NCBI GenBank assembly: GCA_038207085.1
Contig: JBBRAE010000001.1
Location: forward strand, 64,001-128,000
Direction: 5' to 3'
Origin: Armatimonadota bacterium
Lineage (GTDB): Bacteria > Armatimonadota > UBA5829 > DTLH01
Length of the DNA: 64,000 nt
A program made the position numbers and the translations under genes. The notes below the pieces were generated by a model. That model did no database searches. It was given only the letters and a program-made list of their open reading frames with translations, and was not told the origin of the DNA. Below are positions 11,267-20,782 of the stretch, piece after piece. Within the stretch, counting starts at the first letter, position 1; each line of letters starts with the position of its first letter.

Positions 11267-11439
11267 GTGTTCCTCCTTGAGCTGAATAATAGCTGTGGGC
11301 TTACTCCCAACCGATGTTGTAACACGCGCGAAGGGTCAATGTCAATCAGGCTTGGTATATTGAATCGTGTGGTGAATGGCCTGAGTTCCGAGAGTTGCAT
11401 GAGTCGTTTCGGGGTCTTTGTCGTGCTTGTACATAAAAA

Positions 11440-11515
11440 TGGCTGCCGACCAGGGGCTTGAACCCCGAACCTCCTGATCCAGAGTCAGGCGCTCTGCCAA
11501 TTGAGCTAGTCGGCA
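11440..11515 (-). tRNA. tRNA-Gln (anticodon CTG)
   Basis: Minus strand TGCCGACTAGCTCAATTGGCAGAGCGCCTGACTCTGGATCAGGAGGTTCGGGGTTCAAGCCCCTGGTCGGCAGCCA folds as a 76-nt cloverleaf with U1-A72, G73 and encoded CCA. Confidence 0.96.
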
Positions 11516-11526
11516 ACAACTCGAAT

Positions 11527-11555
11527 ACTTTACCATCGACAGCCTGAATTGTCAA
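11527..11555 (-). promoter_or_regulatory. Sigma70-type promoter of tRNA-Gln
   Basis: TTGACA-N17-TAAAGT just upstream of the tRNA 5' end. Confidence 0.65.
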
Positions 11556-11630
11556 TACTGTTGCAGGTAAACATTGAGATAATTTGGTCTGTGGCCCGGA
11601 ATTATCGACTGCCGAGCCACAATATGAGTT

Positions 11631-13352
11631 CTACTTCTTCGCCGGACTCCCAGTCATAGCTTTTTCGATCTTCGACCAAGAGTCTCTGAGTGTCACTGTT
11701 CGGTTGAAAACGAGCATATCAGTCGTTGAGGCCGTATCAATACAGAAATAGCCCTGTCGCTCGAACTGGTAACGCCTGCCGGGCGCTGCGCCGACCACGC
11801 TTGGTTCCACGTAGCACGTCGTCACGACAAGCGATTCCGGGTTCAGGTTCGCAAAGTACTCCTGACCTTCCTCGACATCATCGGGGTTCGGCTTGGTGAA
11901 TAGATGGTTGTACAGCCTCGCCTCAGCAGGAACAGACTGCTCAGCCGCCACCCAGTGCAGTGTCGCCTTCACCTTGCGCCCATCAGGAGCATCGCCGCCC
12001 CTGGTTTCGGGGTCGTAGGTGCAGTGCAGTTCGACGATCTCGCCCGCATCGTCTTTCACCACGTCCTGGCACTTGATAAAGTAAGCGTTTCGGAGGCGAA
12101 CCTCTCTACCCGGAGCGAGCCGGAAGAACTTTGGCGGCGGGTCCTCACGGAAGTCGTCACGCTCGATATAGAGCACCTTTGCAAAGGGAACCTTGCGCGT
12201 GCCGGCGTCAGGGTTCTCGGGATTATTGATGACGTCGAGCTCTTCCACCTGCCCTTCGGGGTAATTTGTCAAAACCACCTTGATCGGGTTCATTACGGCC
12301 ATGATCCGCTGAGCGCGCTTGTTCAGGTCATCCCGAACGCAGTCTTCAAGCACTGCGACCTCGACCATGCTGTCGGTCTTGGCGACACCGATCCTCCTGC
12401 AAAACTCGAAAATGGCTTCAGGCGTGTAACCTTTTCTTCTCAGCCCGGCGAGGGTGGGGAGGCGCGGGTCGTCGTAGCCGTCCACATATCCGCCGTCTAC
12501 AAGCTCGACGAACCGACGCTTGCTCATGACCGTGTATGAGAGGTTAAGCCTCGCAAACTCGATCTGCCGGGGGTGATATATCCCAAGCTGATCGAGGAAC
12601 CAATCATATAGCGGCCTATGGTTTTCATATTCGAGCGAGCAAAGCGAATGGGTGATACCTTCGATCGAGTCCTCAAGGCCGTGCGCCCAGTCATACGATG
12701 GGTAGATACACCACTTGCTGCCCTGTCGGTGATGATCGGTATGCCGGATTCTATACATCACAGGGTCACGCATATTGAGGTTCCCCGAAGACATATCGAT
12801 CTTGGCCCGCAGTGTCCTTGCGCCGTCCGGGAACTCACCTGCGCGCATCCGAGCGAACAGGTCCAGGTTCTCCTCGACACTTCTATTTCTATATGGGCTG
12901 TCCACACCGGGCTCTGTGAGCGTGCCGCGCGACTTGCTCATCTCCTCGGCAGTCTGATCGCAGACATAGGCAGCGCCCTTCTTGATAAGGTCAGTCGCCC
13001 ACTCGTACATCCGCTCGAAGTAGTCGCTTCCGAAGAACAGGCGGTCGTCCCAGTCTGCTCCGAGCCACTTAACGTCTTCGATGATCCCGTCCACGAACTC
13101 CTGATCTTCTTTAAGCGGATTGGTGTCGTCAAATCTCAGGTTGAAGAGTCCGCCGTAGTCTCGCGCTATGCCGTAATCGATCCAGACCGCCTTGGCGTGG
13201 CCAATGTGCAGGTATGCGTTAGGCTCCGGTGGGAACCGGGTATGCACACGCTCGAACCTGCCTTGCTGCAGGTCCTCCTGGATAGCCTCGCGAATGAAGT
13301 CTATAGACGCTTCGGTGTTTGGTTGACCAATTTCATTCTCTGGCTCATTCAT
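11631..13352 (-). CDS. glnS: Glutamine--tRNA ligase
   Basis: [49 protein letters not shown]; no C-terminal YqeY domain; alternative start at 13361. Confidence 0.95.
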   Translation of the reverse strand: MNEPENEIGQPNTEASIDFIREAIQEDLQQGRFERVHTRFPPEPNAYLHIGHAKAVWIDYGIARDYGGLFNLRFDDTNPLKEDQEFVDGIIEDVKWLGADWDDRLFFGSDYFERMYEWATDLIKKGAAYVCDQTAEEMSKSRGTLTEPGVDSPYRNRSVEENLDLFARMRAGEFPDGARTLRAKIDMSSGNLNMRDPVMYRIRHTDHHRQGSKWCIYPSYDWAHGLEDSIEGITHSLCSLEYENHRPLYDWFLDQLGIYHPRQIEFARLNLSYTVMSKRRFVELVDGGYVDGYDDPRLPTLAGLRRKGYTPEAIFEFCRRIGVAKTDSMVEVAVLEDCVRDDLNKRAQRIMAVMNPIKVVLTNYPEGQVEELDVINNPENPDAGTRKVPFAKVLYIERDDFREDPPPKFFRLAPGREVRLRNAYFIKCQDVVKDDAGEIVELHCTYDPETRGGDAPDGRKVKATLHWVAAEQSVPAEARLYNHLFTKPNPDDVEEGQEYFANLNPESLVVTTCYVEPSVVGAAPGRRYQFERQGYFCIDTASTTDMLVFNRTVTLRDSWSKIEKAMTGSPAKK

Positions 13353-13706
13353 TCTCAGCAAATCTCTTCTTTCTGTCCGTCACAGACCGGTGGCGCATAG
13401 CGCCAGCCTTTAAGAGACGGCGCAGATAGCGCCGTCGACCGGAATCATTGTTACAATTTAGTGCTCATTATGCCACAACGCCAAACCAAGGTCAAGGTGA
13501 ACTGCACCTCTTTGGCGAGACCCTAGGGGCTCCAACTAGTCCCACTGTCCATGTCTTTATTGATATTCTGTGCATGCGTATACATTGGGCTGAGGATTGT
13601 GGTGCTTTCGACCCATAATAAATACTGTAGGGTCATAACCAACTCACCCGTTTTCTCTTAGGACCCTTCTCATTGCGGGTGTGAAGCTATGGAGTAGTGC
13701 AGCAAT

Positions 13707-15143
13707 ATGGTTAGTCAATCCGATGAAAAGCCGGGTATGAGTTTTCGAATAGCGTCCTACTTTGTAGGCGCATTCTTTGCGATGGTCAGCTATGCCGTGG
13801 GTGTTTGGGCGTTTGCCGTGGAAACGGCGGTTCTCGCACAGCAGCCTGTGCCCAGCCTTTGGTCACAGATCAAGGAAGTATGGCCGTCTCATCCGTTCTC
13901 GTTTATCGCGTGGGTTATCTCTATCGCCGGACTCTCTGTGGTGATCGGTTACCTGTTCGACAAAGAGGTATTCTACCGAAAACGCGCCGAACAGAAGGCG
14001 AACGTCGATGGACTAACGGGCCTCTACAACCACCGCTATTTTCAGGATCGTCTTAGCACCGAGATCGAACGCGCCGTGCGCTACGATCGCAACCTTTCCC
14101 TGGTGATATTCGACCTCGACGACTTTAAGTCGTTCAACGACATTTATGGCCATCAGGAGGGAGACCGCCTGCTCTGTTGGCTTGCGGAAGTCTGCAAGGC
14201 TGGTGTTCGAGGTATCGACGTCCTCGCGCGCTACGGTGGTGAAGAATTTGTAATCATACTTCCTGAGACCGGCGCTGTCGAGGCCGCTGATGTCGCAAAC
14301 CGGATCCGGCAGGCAGTTGAGCGCGAATCCCCTACGGTCTTTCCGAACGCAAACGTTGCCACATTCAGCGCAGGGGTTGCATCGTATCCCAACCACGCAC
14401 TTACTCGACACAATCTGGTTCTCGGTGCCGACACGGCCCTTTGTTACGCCAAGCACAACGGCAAGAACCGAGTGGAGATATACGCTGAAGAGTTCAAACG
14501 GCTCTACCGGGCGACTCCCGAAAAGCTGAAGGCGCTTCTTGCGGGCGATCAGCAGATGGGCGCAATCGAGGCCCTTTCAGCTGCTGTCGACGCGAAAGAC
14601 CACTACACGCGCGGGCACTCGGAGTCAGTCACAAAATATTGTGTCATGGTTGGACACAAACTCGGTATGTCCGGTACCGACATTGAGAGTCTGAAAGCCG
14701 CTGCGCTTTTGCACGACATAGGCAAGATCGGCACGCCGGACTCGATTCTTCGCAAGCCCGGCCCGCTTCAGCTCGACGAGTGGCAGGTGATCGAAAACCA
14801 TCCCAAGATCGGCTCCGAGATCCTTCAGAAGGTCCAGGAGTTGAGCTCGATTGTCCCAGCCGTCCGCCATCACCACGAGCGTTTCGACGGCCTCGGCTAC
14901 CCCTCAGGCCTTGCCGGGAAGAGCATCCCGTTAGTCGCAAGAATTATCGCACTAGCCGACTCCTACGATGCGATGGTCTCAGACCGCACCTACCGCACCG
15001 CTCTATCTCGTGAAGACGCGCTCGATGAGATCAAACGCTGCGCCGGAACCCAGTTTGACCCAGAGCTTGTAGAAATGTTCGTCGACCTCGTGATGAGCGA
15101 CAATCCGGCTGACGCCGAACAGAACCAGAGGCAAGCCGCATAA
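13707..15143 (+). CDS. Membrane-anchored diguanylate cyclase / HD-GYP phosphodiesterase
   Basis: Two N-terminal TMs; DGLTGLYN, RxxD I-site (RGID), RYGGEEF; HDIGKIG and HHERFDGLGYP. Confidence 0.92.
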   Translation: MVSQSDEKPGMSFRIASYFVGAFFAMVSYAVGVWAFAVETAVLAQQPVPSLWSQIKEVWPSHPFSFIAWVISIAGLSVVIGYLFDKEVFYRKRAEQKANVDGLTGLYNHRYFQDRLSTEIERAVRYDRNLSLVIFDLDDFKSFNDIYGHQEGDRLLCWLAEVCKAGVRGIDVLARYGGEEFVIILPETGAVEAADVANRIRQAVERESPTVFPNANVATFSAGVASYPNHALTRHNLVLGADTALCYAKHNGKNRVEIYAEEFKRLYRATPEKLKALLAGDQQMGAIEALSAAVDAKDHYTRGHSESVTKYCVMVGHKLGMSGTDIESLKAAALLHDIGKIGTPDSILRKPGPLQLDEWQVIENHPKIGSEILQKVQELSSIVPAVRHHHERFDGLGYPSGLAGKSIPLVARIIALADSYDAMVSDRTYRTALSREDALDEIKRCAGTQFDPELVEMFVDLVMSDNPADAEQNQRQAA

Positions 15144-15158
15144 AATCGCAATATTGTT

Positions 15159-15184
15159 GTATCGGGGACCCCCGTCCCCGATAC
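15159..15184 (+). terminator. Hairpin after the GGDEF/HD-GYP gene
   Basis: GTATCGGGGAC-CCCC-GTCCCCGATAC perfect 11-bp stem; no clear U tract. Confidence 0.45.
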
Positions 15185-15320
15185 CTGCCTCCCTAAATAT
15201 CCTCACTTCCACCACGCAGCAAACCGAAGTAATTATAGTAGACACTTGACTACTATCGCATTCTGTAGTAACATATACACGTTCGGAAACGGAGAGTCCG
15301 AGTGTGAGAGGGTTAGCAGG

Positions 15321-16073
15321 ATGCAGATTTGCATTACACAACGAGACGGAATTAGATATTTCAGCAGGTTCAAGAACATCCCAGAGCGCGACAAGCTTGA
15401 GATTGAGCTTACAGTCCTGGGCGACCGTGTGCGTGTCTACAAATTCGACCTGACCGAGACTCTCTTTGAACGCTTCAATGAGCACCCGGAGATTCTGCAC
15501 AGAAAACGCGTTGTTGAGCGTGATCCGTTGCTCGCCAAGCGTCCGTCCCGCGCCAGGAAACCCGCGCCCAAGCCTCCGGTCACTATCGAAGAACCCGTTG
15601 CAATGCCCGTGACTGAGCCGGTCGCCATGGCAGAACCCCCGAAGAAGCGGGCTACGCGGAAGCCGAAGGTCGTTGAGCTGGTCGAAGCTGCTCCCACCAT
15701 TGTGAGAGTTCCCGCCGCCAAGCCGCGCACCAAAGCCAAATCTGAGCCCATCGTCGCCCCTGCGCCAGTGAAGGCAGTGAGGACTACAAAGAAGGCGGCA
15801 GTGCCTGTAGTCGAAACAGCTCAGTCGCCCAAACCAAAGGCAAGACGATCGGTCGATAAATCAGCGCCAACCGCTCCCGCGTCTAAGCAGACGAATTCCA
15901 ACTCCGGCAAAAAGCCCGTGGTGGTCGATGCAACAGCGGCGCGGACTGTCAGGAAGCCTCGGGTGAAGAAGCATGAGTCTGTGGCTGTAGCAGAAAAGCC
16001 TGTTGGTGCGACACCGGAGGCCAAACGACCACCAACAACGCGTGCCAAGACACGAGTGCCTGCCAAGTCGTAG
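15321..16073 (+). CDS. Hypothetical protein with small globular N-domain and long Lys/Pro/Ala/Arg-rich (histone H1-like) tail
   Basis: About 70-aa ordered N-terminus, then low-complexity basic tail (PKKRATRKPK, KPKARRS, RKPRVKK); start codon uncertain. Confidence 0.65.
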   Translation: MQICITQRDGIRYFSRFKNIPERDKLEIELTVLGDRVRVYKFDLTETLFERFNEHPEILHRKRVVERDPLLAKRPSRARKPAPKPPVTIEEPVAMPVTEPVAMAEPPKKRATRKPKVVELVEAAPTIVRVPAAKPRTKAKSEPIVAPAPVKAVRTTKKAAVPVVETAQSPKPKARRSVDKSAPTAPASKQTNSNSGKKPVVVDATAARTVRKPRVKKHESVAVAEKPVGATPEAKRPPTTRAKTRVPAKS

Positions 16074-16229
16074 GGCGAACATGGCAGTCTGCCCTCAGCA
16101 ACACCCCACCTTAAGCCACTGACACACGTCATTCGTTAAACTTTCCTCAATACAATGGAGGAACTTCCACCCTCCATGTCGAAGTATCCTATTTGGTACG
16201 TTGTTAAGAAACGCAGGAGGACTAGCTGA

Positions 16230-18908
16230 ATGACCAACAAGAAACGCGTATACCTGTTTAGAGAAGGTAACGCGACGATGAAGGATCTCCTTGGTGGCAA
16301 GGGAGCAAACCTTGCAGAGATGACCAACATCGGACTTCCGGTTCCCTCCGGATTTACGATCACCACAGAGACTTGTAACGAGTATAGTGAGACGGGACAG
16401 CTCCCGGAAGGACTTTGGGAAGAGGTGCTCGGGGCACTTGCGGATGTTGAGAAGGACATGGGCAAGAAGCTCGGCGACGCTGCCAACCCACTCCTCGTCT
16501 CCGTCCGCTCTGGAGCGAAGTTTTCAATGCCGGGCATGATGGACACCGTCTTGAACCTCGGCCTGAATGACGACACTATGAAGGGTATCATCGCGGCAAC
16601 CGGCAACGAGCGATTCGCTTACGACGCCTACCGCCGCTTCCTGATGATGTTCTCGGACATCGTCCTTTCCGATGAGTATCCCAAGCTTAAGAAGCATCAC
16701 TTCGAAGTCATCTTCGACGCCCTGAAAGAGAAGCTCGGCGCCAAAGTCGACACAGAAGTTAACGCCGAAGGACTGAAAGACCTCGTCGCTCAGTACAAGG
16801 TCTACTTCAAGGAAGCTGCCGGCAGGGACTTCCCGACTGACCCGATGGAGCAGCTCAAGCTTGCGATCATCGCGGTCTTCAAGAGCTGGAACAACGACCG
16901 CGCGGTCATCTACCGCAACCGCGAGAAGATCGCCCACGACCTCGGAACCGCCGTCAACATTCAGACGATGGTATTCGGCAACATGGGTGACGACTGCGGC
17001 ACCGGCGTCGCATTCACCCGCAACGCCGCGACCGGTGATGCCAAGCTCTTCGGCGAGTTCCTGAAGAACGCGCAGGGCGAGGACGTCGTTGCTGGCGTGC
17101 GCACCCCTGAGCCGATCGAGCAGCTCGAGAACGAGTTCCCAGAGATCTACAATCAGTTCGCAACTATTGCTCAGAAGCTTGAAGATCACTACCGTGAGAT
17201 GCAGGACATCGAGTTCACCATCGAGAAGGGTCGACTCTTCATCCTGCAGTGCCGCTCTGGAAAGCGCACCGGCGTTGCTGCGGTCAAGATCGCAGTCGAC
17301 ATGGTAGCCGAGGGGCGCATCACCAAGGAAGAGGCGCTCACCCGCGTCGCTCCTGAGGCGCTTGAGCAGCTTCTTCACCCGCGAATCAAGTCCAGCGGCA
17401 GCATCAAGCCGATCGCTAAGGGCCTGAACGCTGGTCCTGGTGGCGCAAGCGGCAGGGTCGCACTTGACTCCAAGGTTGCGATCAAGATGGCTGAGCTCGG
17501 CGACGAAGTAATCCTCGTTCGCAAAGAGACCAACCCCGACGACCTCGGTGGAATGCTCGCATCCAAGGGCGTTCTCACCGCACTCGGCGGCCGCACGAGC
17601 CACGCTGCTCTGATCGCCCGCCAGTATGGTATCCCGACCGTCTGCGGCTGCGGTTCGCTTAAGATCGACGAAGACAAGAAAGTCTTCCACGTCGACGGCG
17701 TGACTGTTAAAGAAGGCGACGTCATCACCATCGACGGCACCCTCGGCCTCGTATACAACGTGAGGCTTGAGACTGAGCCTGCGACCATGACCGGCGACTT
17801 CGGCACGTTCATGGCTTGGACCGACGAGTTCCGCACGATGGGCGTCCGCGCTAACGCTGACTCCCCTGAGCATGCTGCTGACGCTCTTGCTCTTGGCGCT
17901 GAAGGTATCGGCCTTTGCCGCACGGAGCATATGTTCCTTGGCAGCGAGCGGGTTCCGTTCGTTCGCAACATGATCCTTGCTGAGGACGAGCCCACCCGCG
18001 AAGAGGCTCTTGCAAAGCTGCTCCCGATGCAGCGCGAGGACTTTGTAGGCATCTTCAAGGCTATGCAGGGCAAGCCGGTCACCGTAAGGCTGATCGACCC
18101 GCCGCTTCATGAGTTCCTGCCGAGCATGAGTGAGCTCCTTGTTGAGGTCACTGAGCTTCGTTGCAAGAACCCGCAGAGCCCTGAGCTTGCACAGAAGGAA
18201 TCCCTTCTTGCCAAGGTCGCTGATATGCACGAGCAGAACCCGATGCTTGGACTCCGCGGTTGCCGCCTGTCCATCTACTTCCCTGGCATCGTGAGGATGC
18301 AGGTTGCTGCGATCATCGGCGCTGCGTGTGAGGTCAAGAAGACTGGGATGGACGTTCGTCCCGAGATCATGATCCCACTCATCGGCACCGTCAACGAGTT
18401 GACCTACCTGAAGAAGCAGCTCATCCCCCTCGCTGAGAAGACGATGGAGGAAGAGGGCATCAAGGTCGACTACATGATCGGCACAATGATCGAGATCCCG
18501 AGAGCGGCTCTTACCGCCGACGAGATCGCGAAAGAAGCTCAGTTCTTCAGCTTCGGCACCAACGACCTGACCCAGATGGGCTATGGAATCAGCCGCGACG
18601 ACGCCGGCAAGTTCCTGCCGCTCTACATCGACAAGCAGATCTTCAAGACCGACCCGACCGACACAATCGATCAGAAGGGTATCGGCCGCTTGATGAGCAT
18701 CTGCGTCGAGGATGCAAGGAAAGTAAACCCTGGCATCAAGCTGGGAATCTGCGGTGAGCACGGCGGAGAGCCGGATTCAGTCAAGTTCTGCCATAGGCTT
18801 GGACTTAGCTACGTATCCTGCTCGCCCAAGCGAATCCCCGTAGCCCGACTCGCCGCGGCCCAGGCCGTGATCGAGGAGCAGGGCAAGGGCGTTGCTCGCG
18901 ACAAGTAA
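16230..18908 (+). CDS. ppdK: Pyruvate, phosphate dikinase
   Basis: LLGGKGANLAEM, VSVRSGAKFSMPGMMDTVLNLG, GGRTSHAA, FFSFGTNDLTQ, GICGEHGG. Confidence 0.97.
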   Translation: MTNKKRVYLFREGNATMKDLLGGKGANLAEMTNIGLPVPSGFTITTETCNEYSETGQLPEGLWEEVLGALADVEKDMGKKLGDAANPLLVSVRSGAKFSMPGMMDTVLNLGLNDDTMKGIIAATGNERFAYDAYRRFLMMFSDIVLSDEYPKLKKHHFEVIFDALKEKLGAKVDTEVNAEGLKDLVAQYKVYFKEAAGRDFPTDPMEQLKLAIIAVFKSWNNDRAVIYRNREKIAHDLGTAVNIQTMVFGNMGDDCGTGVAFTRNAATGDAKLFGEFLKNAQGEDVVAGVRTPEPIEQLENEFPEIYNQFATIAQKLEDHYREMQDIEFTIEKGRLFILQCRSGKRTGVAAVKIAVDMVAEGRITKEEALTRVAPEALEQLLHPRIKSSGSIKPIAKGLNAGPGGASGRVALDSKVAIKMAELGDEVILVRKETNPDDLGGMLASKGVLTALGGRTSHAALIARQYGIPTVCGCGSLKIDEDKKVFHVDGVTVKEGDVITIDGTLGLVYNVRLETEPATMTGDFGTFMAWTDEFRTMGVRANADSPEHAADALALGAEGIGLCRTEHMFLGSERVPFVRNMILAEDEPTREEALAKLLPMQREDFVGIFKAMQGKPVTVRLIDPPLHEFLPSMSELLVEVTELRCKNPQSPELAQKESLLAKVADMHEQNPMLGLRGCRLSIYFPGIVRMQVAAIIGAACEVKKTGMDVRPEIMIPLIGTVNELTYLKKQLIPLAEKTMEEEGIKVDYMIGTMIEIPRAALTADEIAKEAQFFSFGTNDLTQMGYGISRDDAGKFLPLYIDKQIFKTDPTDTIDQKGIGRLMSICVEDARKVNPGIKLGICGEHGGEPDSVKFCHRLGLSYVSCSPKRIPVARLAAAQAVIEEQGKGVARDK

Positions 18909-18911
18909 GAA

Positions 18912-18941
18912 AGCTATTAGCTTTTAGCTATTAGCGGTTAG
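18912..18941. repeat. Short heptamer tandem repeat (AGCNNTT x4)
   Basis: AGCTATT AGCTTTT AGCTATT AGCGGTT AG directly after the ppdK stop. Confidence 0.7.
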
Positions 18942-18950
18942 ATAAGAACG

Positions 18951-18980
18951 GCCCCCGGTGGAGGTAACTCTGCCGGGGGC
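18951..18980 (+). terminator. Stable hairpin after ppdK
   Basis: GCCCCCGGTGGAG-GTAA-CTCTGCCGGGGGC 13-bp stem with G-U pairs and a GNRA loop. Confidence 0.6.
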
Positions 18981-19003
18981 TGATATGACGAGGTGGGTGC
19001 CCC

Positions 19004-19318
19004 GTGAAAATGTCCATTGACGATATCGCCACTGCTGTAAGAGAGGTTGCGCGAGCGAATAACGCCCGGTTTGCATTGCTTTTCGGCTCCTACGCTCGCG
19101 GTACTGCGACCGACCGGTCCGATATCGACCTCATTTTTGTGGAAGACACAGACCTTCCTTTCCTCAGCAGGCTGGGAAGGTATTTTGACCCCCTTTCTGA
19201 TGCTCTCCCAAAGCCAGTTGAGACATTTGTTTACACTCCCGCTGAGTTTGATCGAATGAGGGACGAAGCTTTCGTAAAACGTGCTATGAACGAGGGGATA
19301 GTGCTATATGAGTCTTGA
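19004..19318 (+). CDS. Minimal nucleotidyltransferase (MNT) domain protein
   Basis: LFGSYARG...SDIDL motif, 104 aa. Confidence 0.88.
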   Translation: MKMSIDDIATAVREVARANNARFALLFGSYARGTATDRSDIDLIFVEDTDLPFLSRLGRYFDPLSDALPKPVETFVYTPAEFDRMRDEAFVKRAMNEGIVLYES

Positions 19319-19718
19319 AAAGTCCAAGCATCTGGCACAACGCTGGTTGTTGCAGGCAAAAGCCGACCTGAAAGCGGCGCGCGCCAGTCATTTCGCTGAG
19401 AGTTTTGAATGGGCATGTTTTCAGGCCCAGCAATCAGGTGAGAAGGCTCTAAAGGCGCTGTGGTATGCGACCGAGAACGATCCGTGGGGACACAGCCTGT
19501 TGCGTCTGATTCAGGATCACCCTGATGATTCACTGCGCGGCGATATGCAGGTAATTCTTCCTCAGGCCAGGCTTCTCGACAAGCTGTACATCCCGACGCG
19601 TTATCCTGATGGTCTGCCTGATCTCACTCCGTCAGAAGTGTTTGGGTCATACGATGGCGAAGAGGCAATACTGGCGGCAGAGAGAGTGATAGGCTTTGTC
19701 GAATCACGTCTCTCCTGA
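19308..19718 (+). CDS. HEPN domain protein (MNT partner)
   Basis: WLLQAKADL, ACFQAQQSGEKALKA, GHSL, LDKLYIPTRYPD; overlaps the MNT gene. Confidence 0.88.
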   Translation: MSLEKSKHLAQRWLLQAKADLKAARASHFAESFEWACFQAQQSGEKALKALWYATENDPWGHSLLRLIQDHPDDSLRGDMQVILPQARLLDKLYIPTRYPDGLPDLTPSEVFGSYDGEEAILAAERVIGFVESRLS

Positions 19719-20119
19719 GAATCGCTGGTTGTTGATATGCTTCGTTTGGATGCTTCGGCTCGCCTTTTTGAGCCGTAGCCCCATGATCGTCGACAGTGGC
19801 CGTTATCATCGCAGAGTAGATTATCGTGCACTCAGACGTATCATCCTTAAGTTGAAATACAGTATAACACTGTGGCAAACCAATGAACGAACAAGACCTG
19901 TCAACAGTATTCGAATCAACCTCCGCTATGACCTTTGCCACTCCGAAGTCGATGCTCGACGGCGCGGGCTCTGTCAGCTGAAACTCATCTGTTTGACCAG
20001 ACACCCTTTGGGGCATACTGTTACTGATGACATAGGCACGTCCTGTGCTATACTGCACAAATCGCGACCGGTATCAACATAGAAGGCAAAGGCGGATGCC
20101 CCGCCGTACGGAGGCAACA

Positions 20120-20713
20120 ATGCTCTCATACAAACTCCCGTTTGCGCTGGTGCTCGGCCTGTTGGCCGCACTTATCCCTGTTCAGGTCACCGTGGCCGCT
20201 TCAAAAGCCAAGAAGCCACCCACTGTGTATGATTTCAAGGTCAACGACATCGACGGCAAGCCCGTGAAGCTGAGCAAGTTCAAGGGCAAGGTGATCATGG
20301 TCGTAAACACCGCCTCGCAGTGTGGAAACACTCCACAATATGCGAGCTTGCAGACACTCTACGAAGAGAACAAGGACAAGGGTTTCGTCGTCCTCGCTTT
20401 CCCTGCCAACGAGTTCGGCAAGCAGGAACCGGGGACAGATCAGGAGATCAAGGAGTTCTGCACGTCGCGCTTCCACGTGACGTTTCCAGTGTTCTCAAAG
20501 ATCGTCGTAAAGGGCGAAGGTCAGCACCCGCTCTATCAGTATCTGACGAGCAAGACCACGAACCCCAAGTTCGGCGGCGACGTAGAGTGGAACTTCGCCA
20601 AGTTCCTCATCAATCGTAAAGGCGAGGTAATAGCCCGCTTTCCCGCAGGTCTTGACCCGCTAAAGCCTGAAGTGGTTGATGCAGTCGGTAAGGCCTTGGA
20701 GATGTCCAAGTAA
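20120..20713 (+). CDS. Glutathione peroxidase family protein, exported (Cys-type)
   Basis: VNTASQCG, LAFPANEFGKQEPG, WNFAKFLI; signal peptide; GGAGG RBS. Confidence 0.92.
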   Translation: MLSYKLPFALVLGLLAALIPVQVTVAASKAKKPPTVYDFKVNDIDGKPVKLSKFKGKVIMVVNTASQCGNTPQYASLQTLYEENKDKGFVVLAFPANEFGKQEPGTDQEIKEFCTSRFHVTFPVFSKIVVKGEGQHPLYQYLTSKTTNPKFGGDVEWNFAKFLINRKGEVIARFPAGLDPLKPEVVDAVGKALEMSK

Positions 20714-20782
20714 AGGATTCCCCGGAGGGTTCGGAAGCCCCGCTTCGGGGCCTCACTCTCAGTTCAACTTGATCACCCTATT

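Noticed and set aside
16524..18761. 745-aa antisense ORF inside ppdK
   Set aside because: Mirror-frame shadow of a strongly codon-biased gene; no recognisable motifs. The same applies to antisense ORFs over ftsA, ftsZ, glnS and the 1.6k-aa gene.
19720..20100. Overlapping 65-144 aa ORFs between HEPN and gpx
   Set aside because: No motifs, no clear RBS and mutually overlapping; treated as intergenic.
20120..20713. Possible selenocysteine in the glutathione peroxidase
   Set aside because: The active-site codon is TGT (Cys) in NTASQCG; no in-frame TGA.
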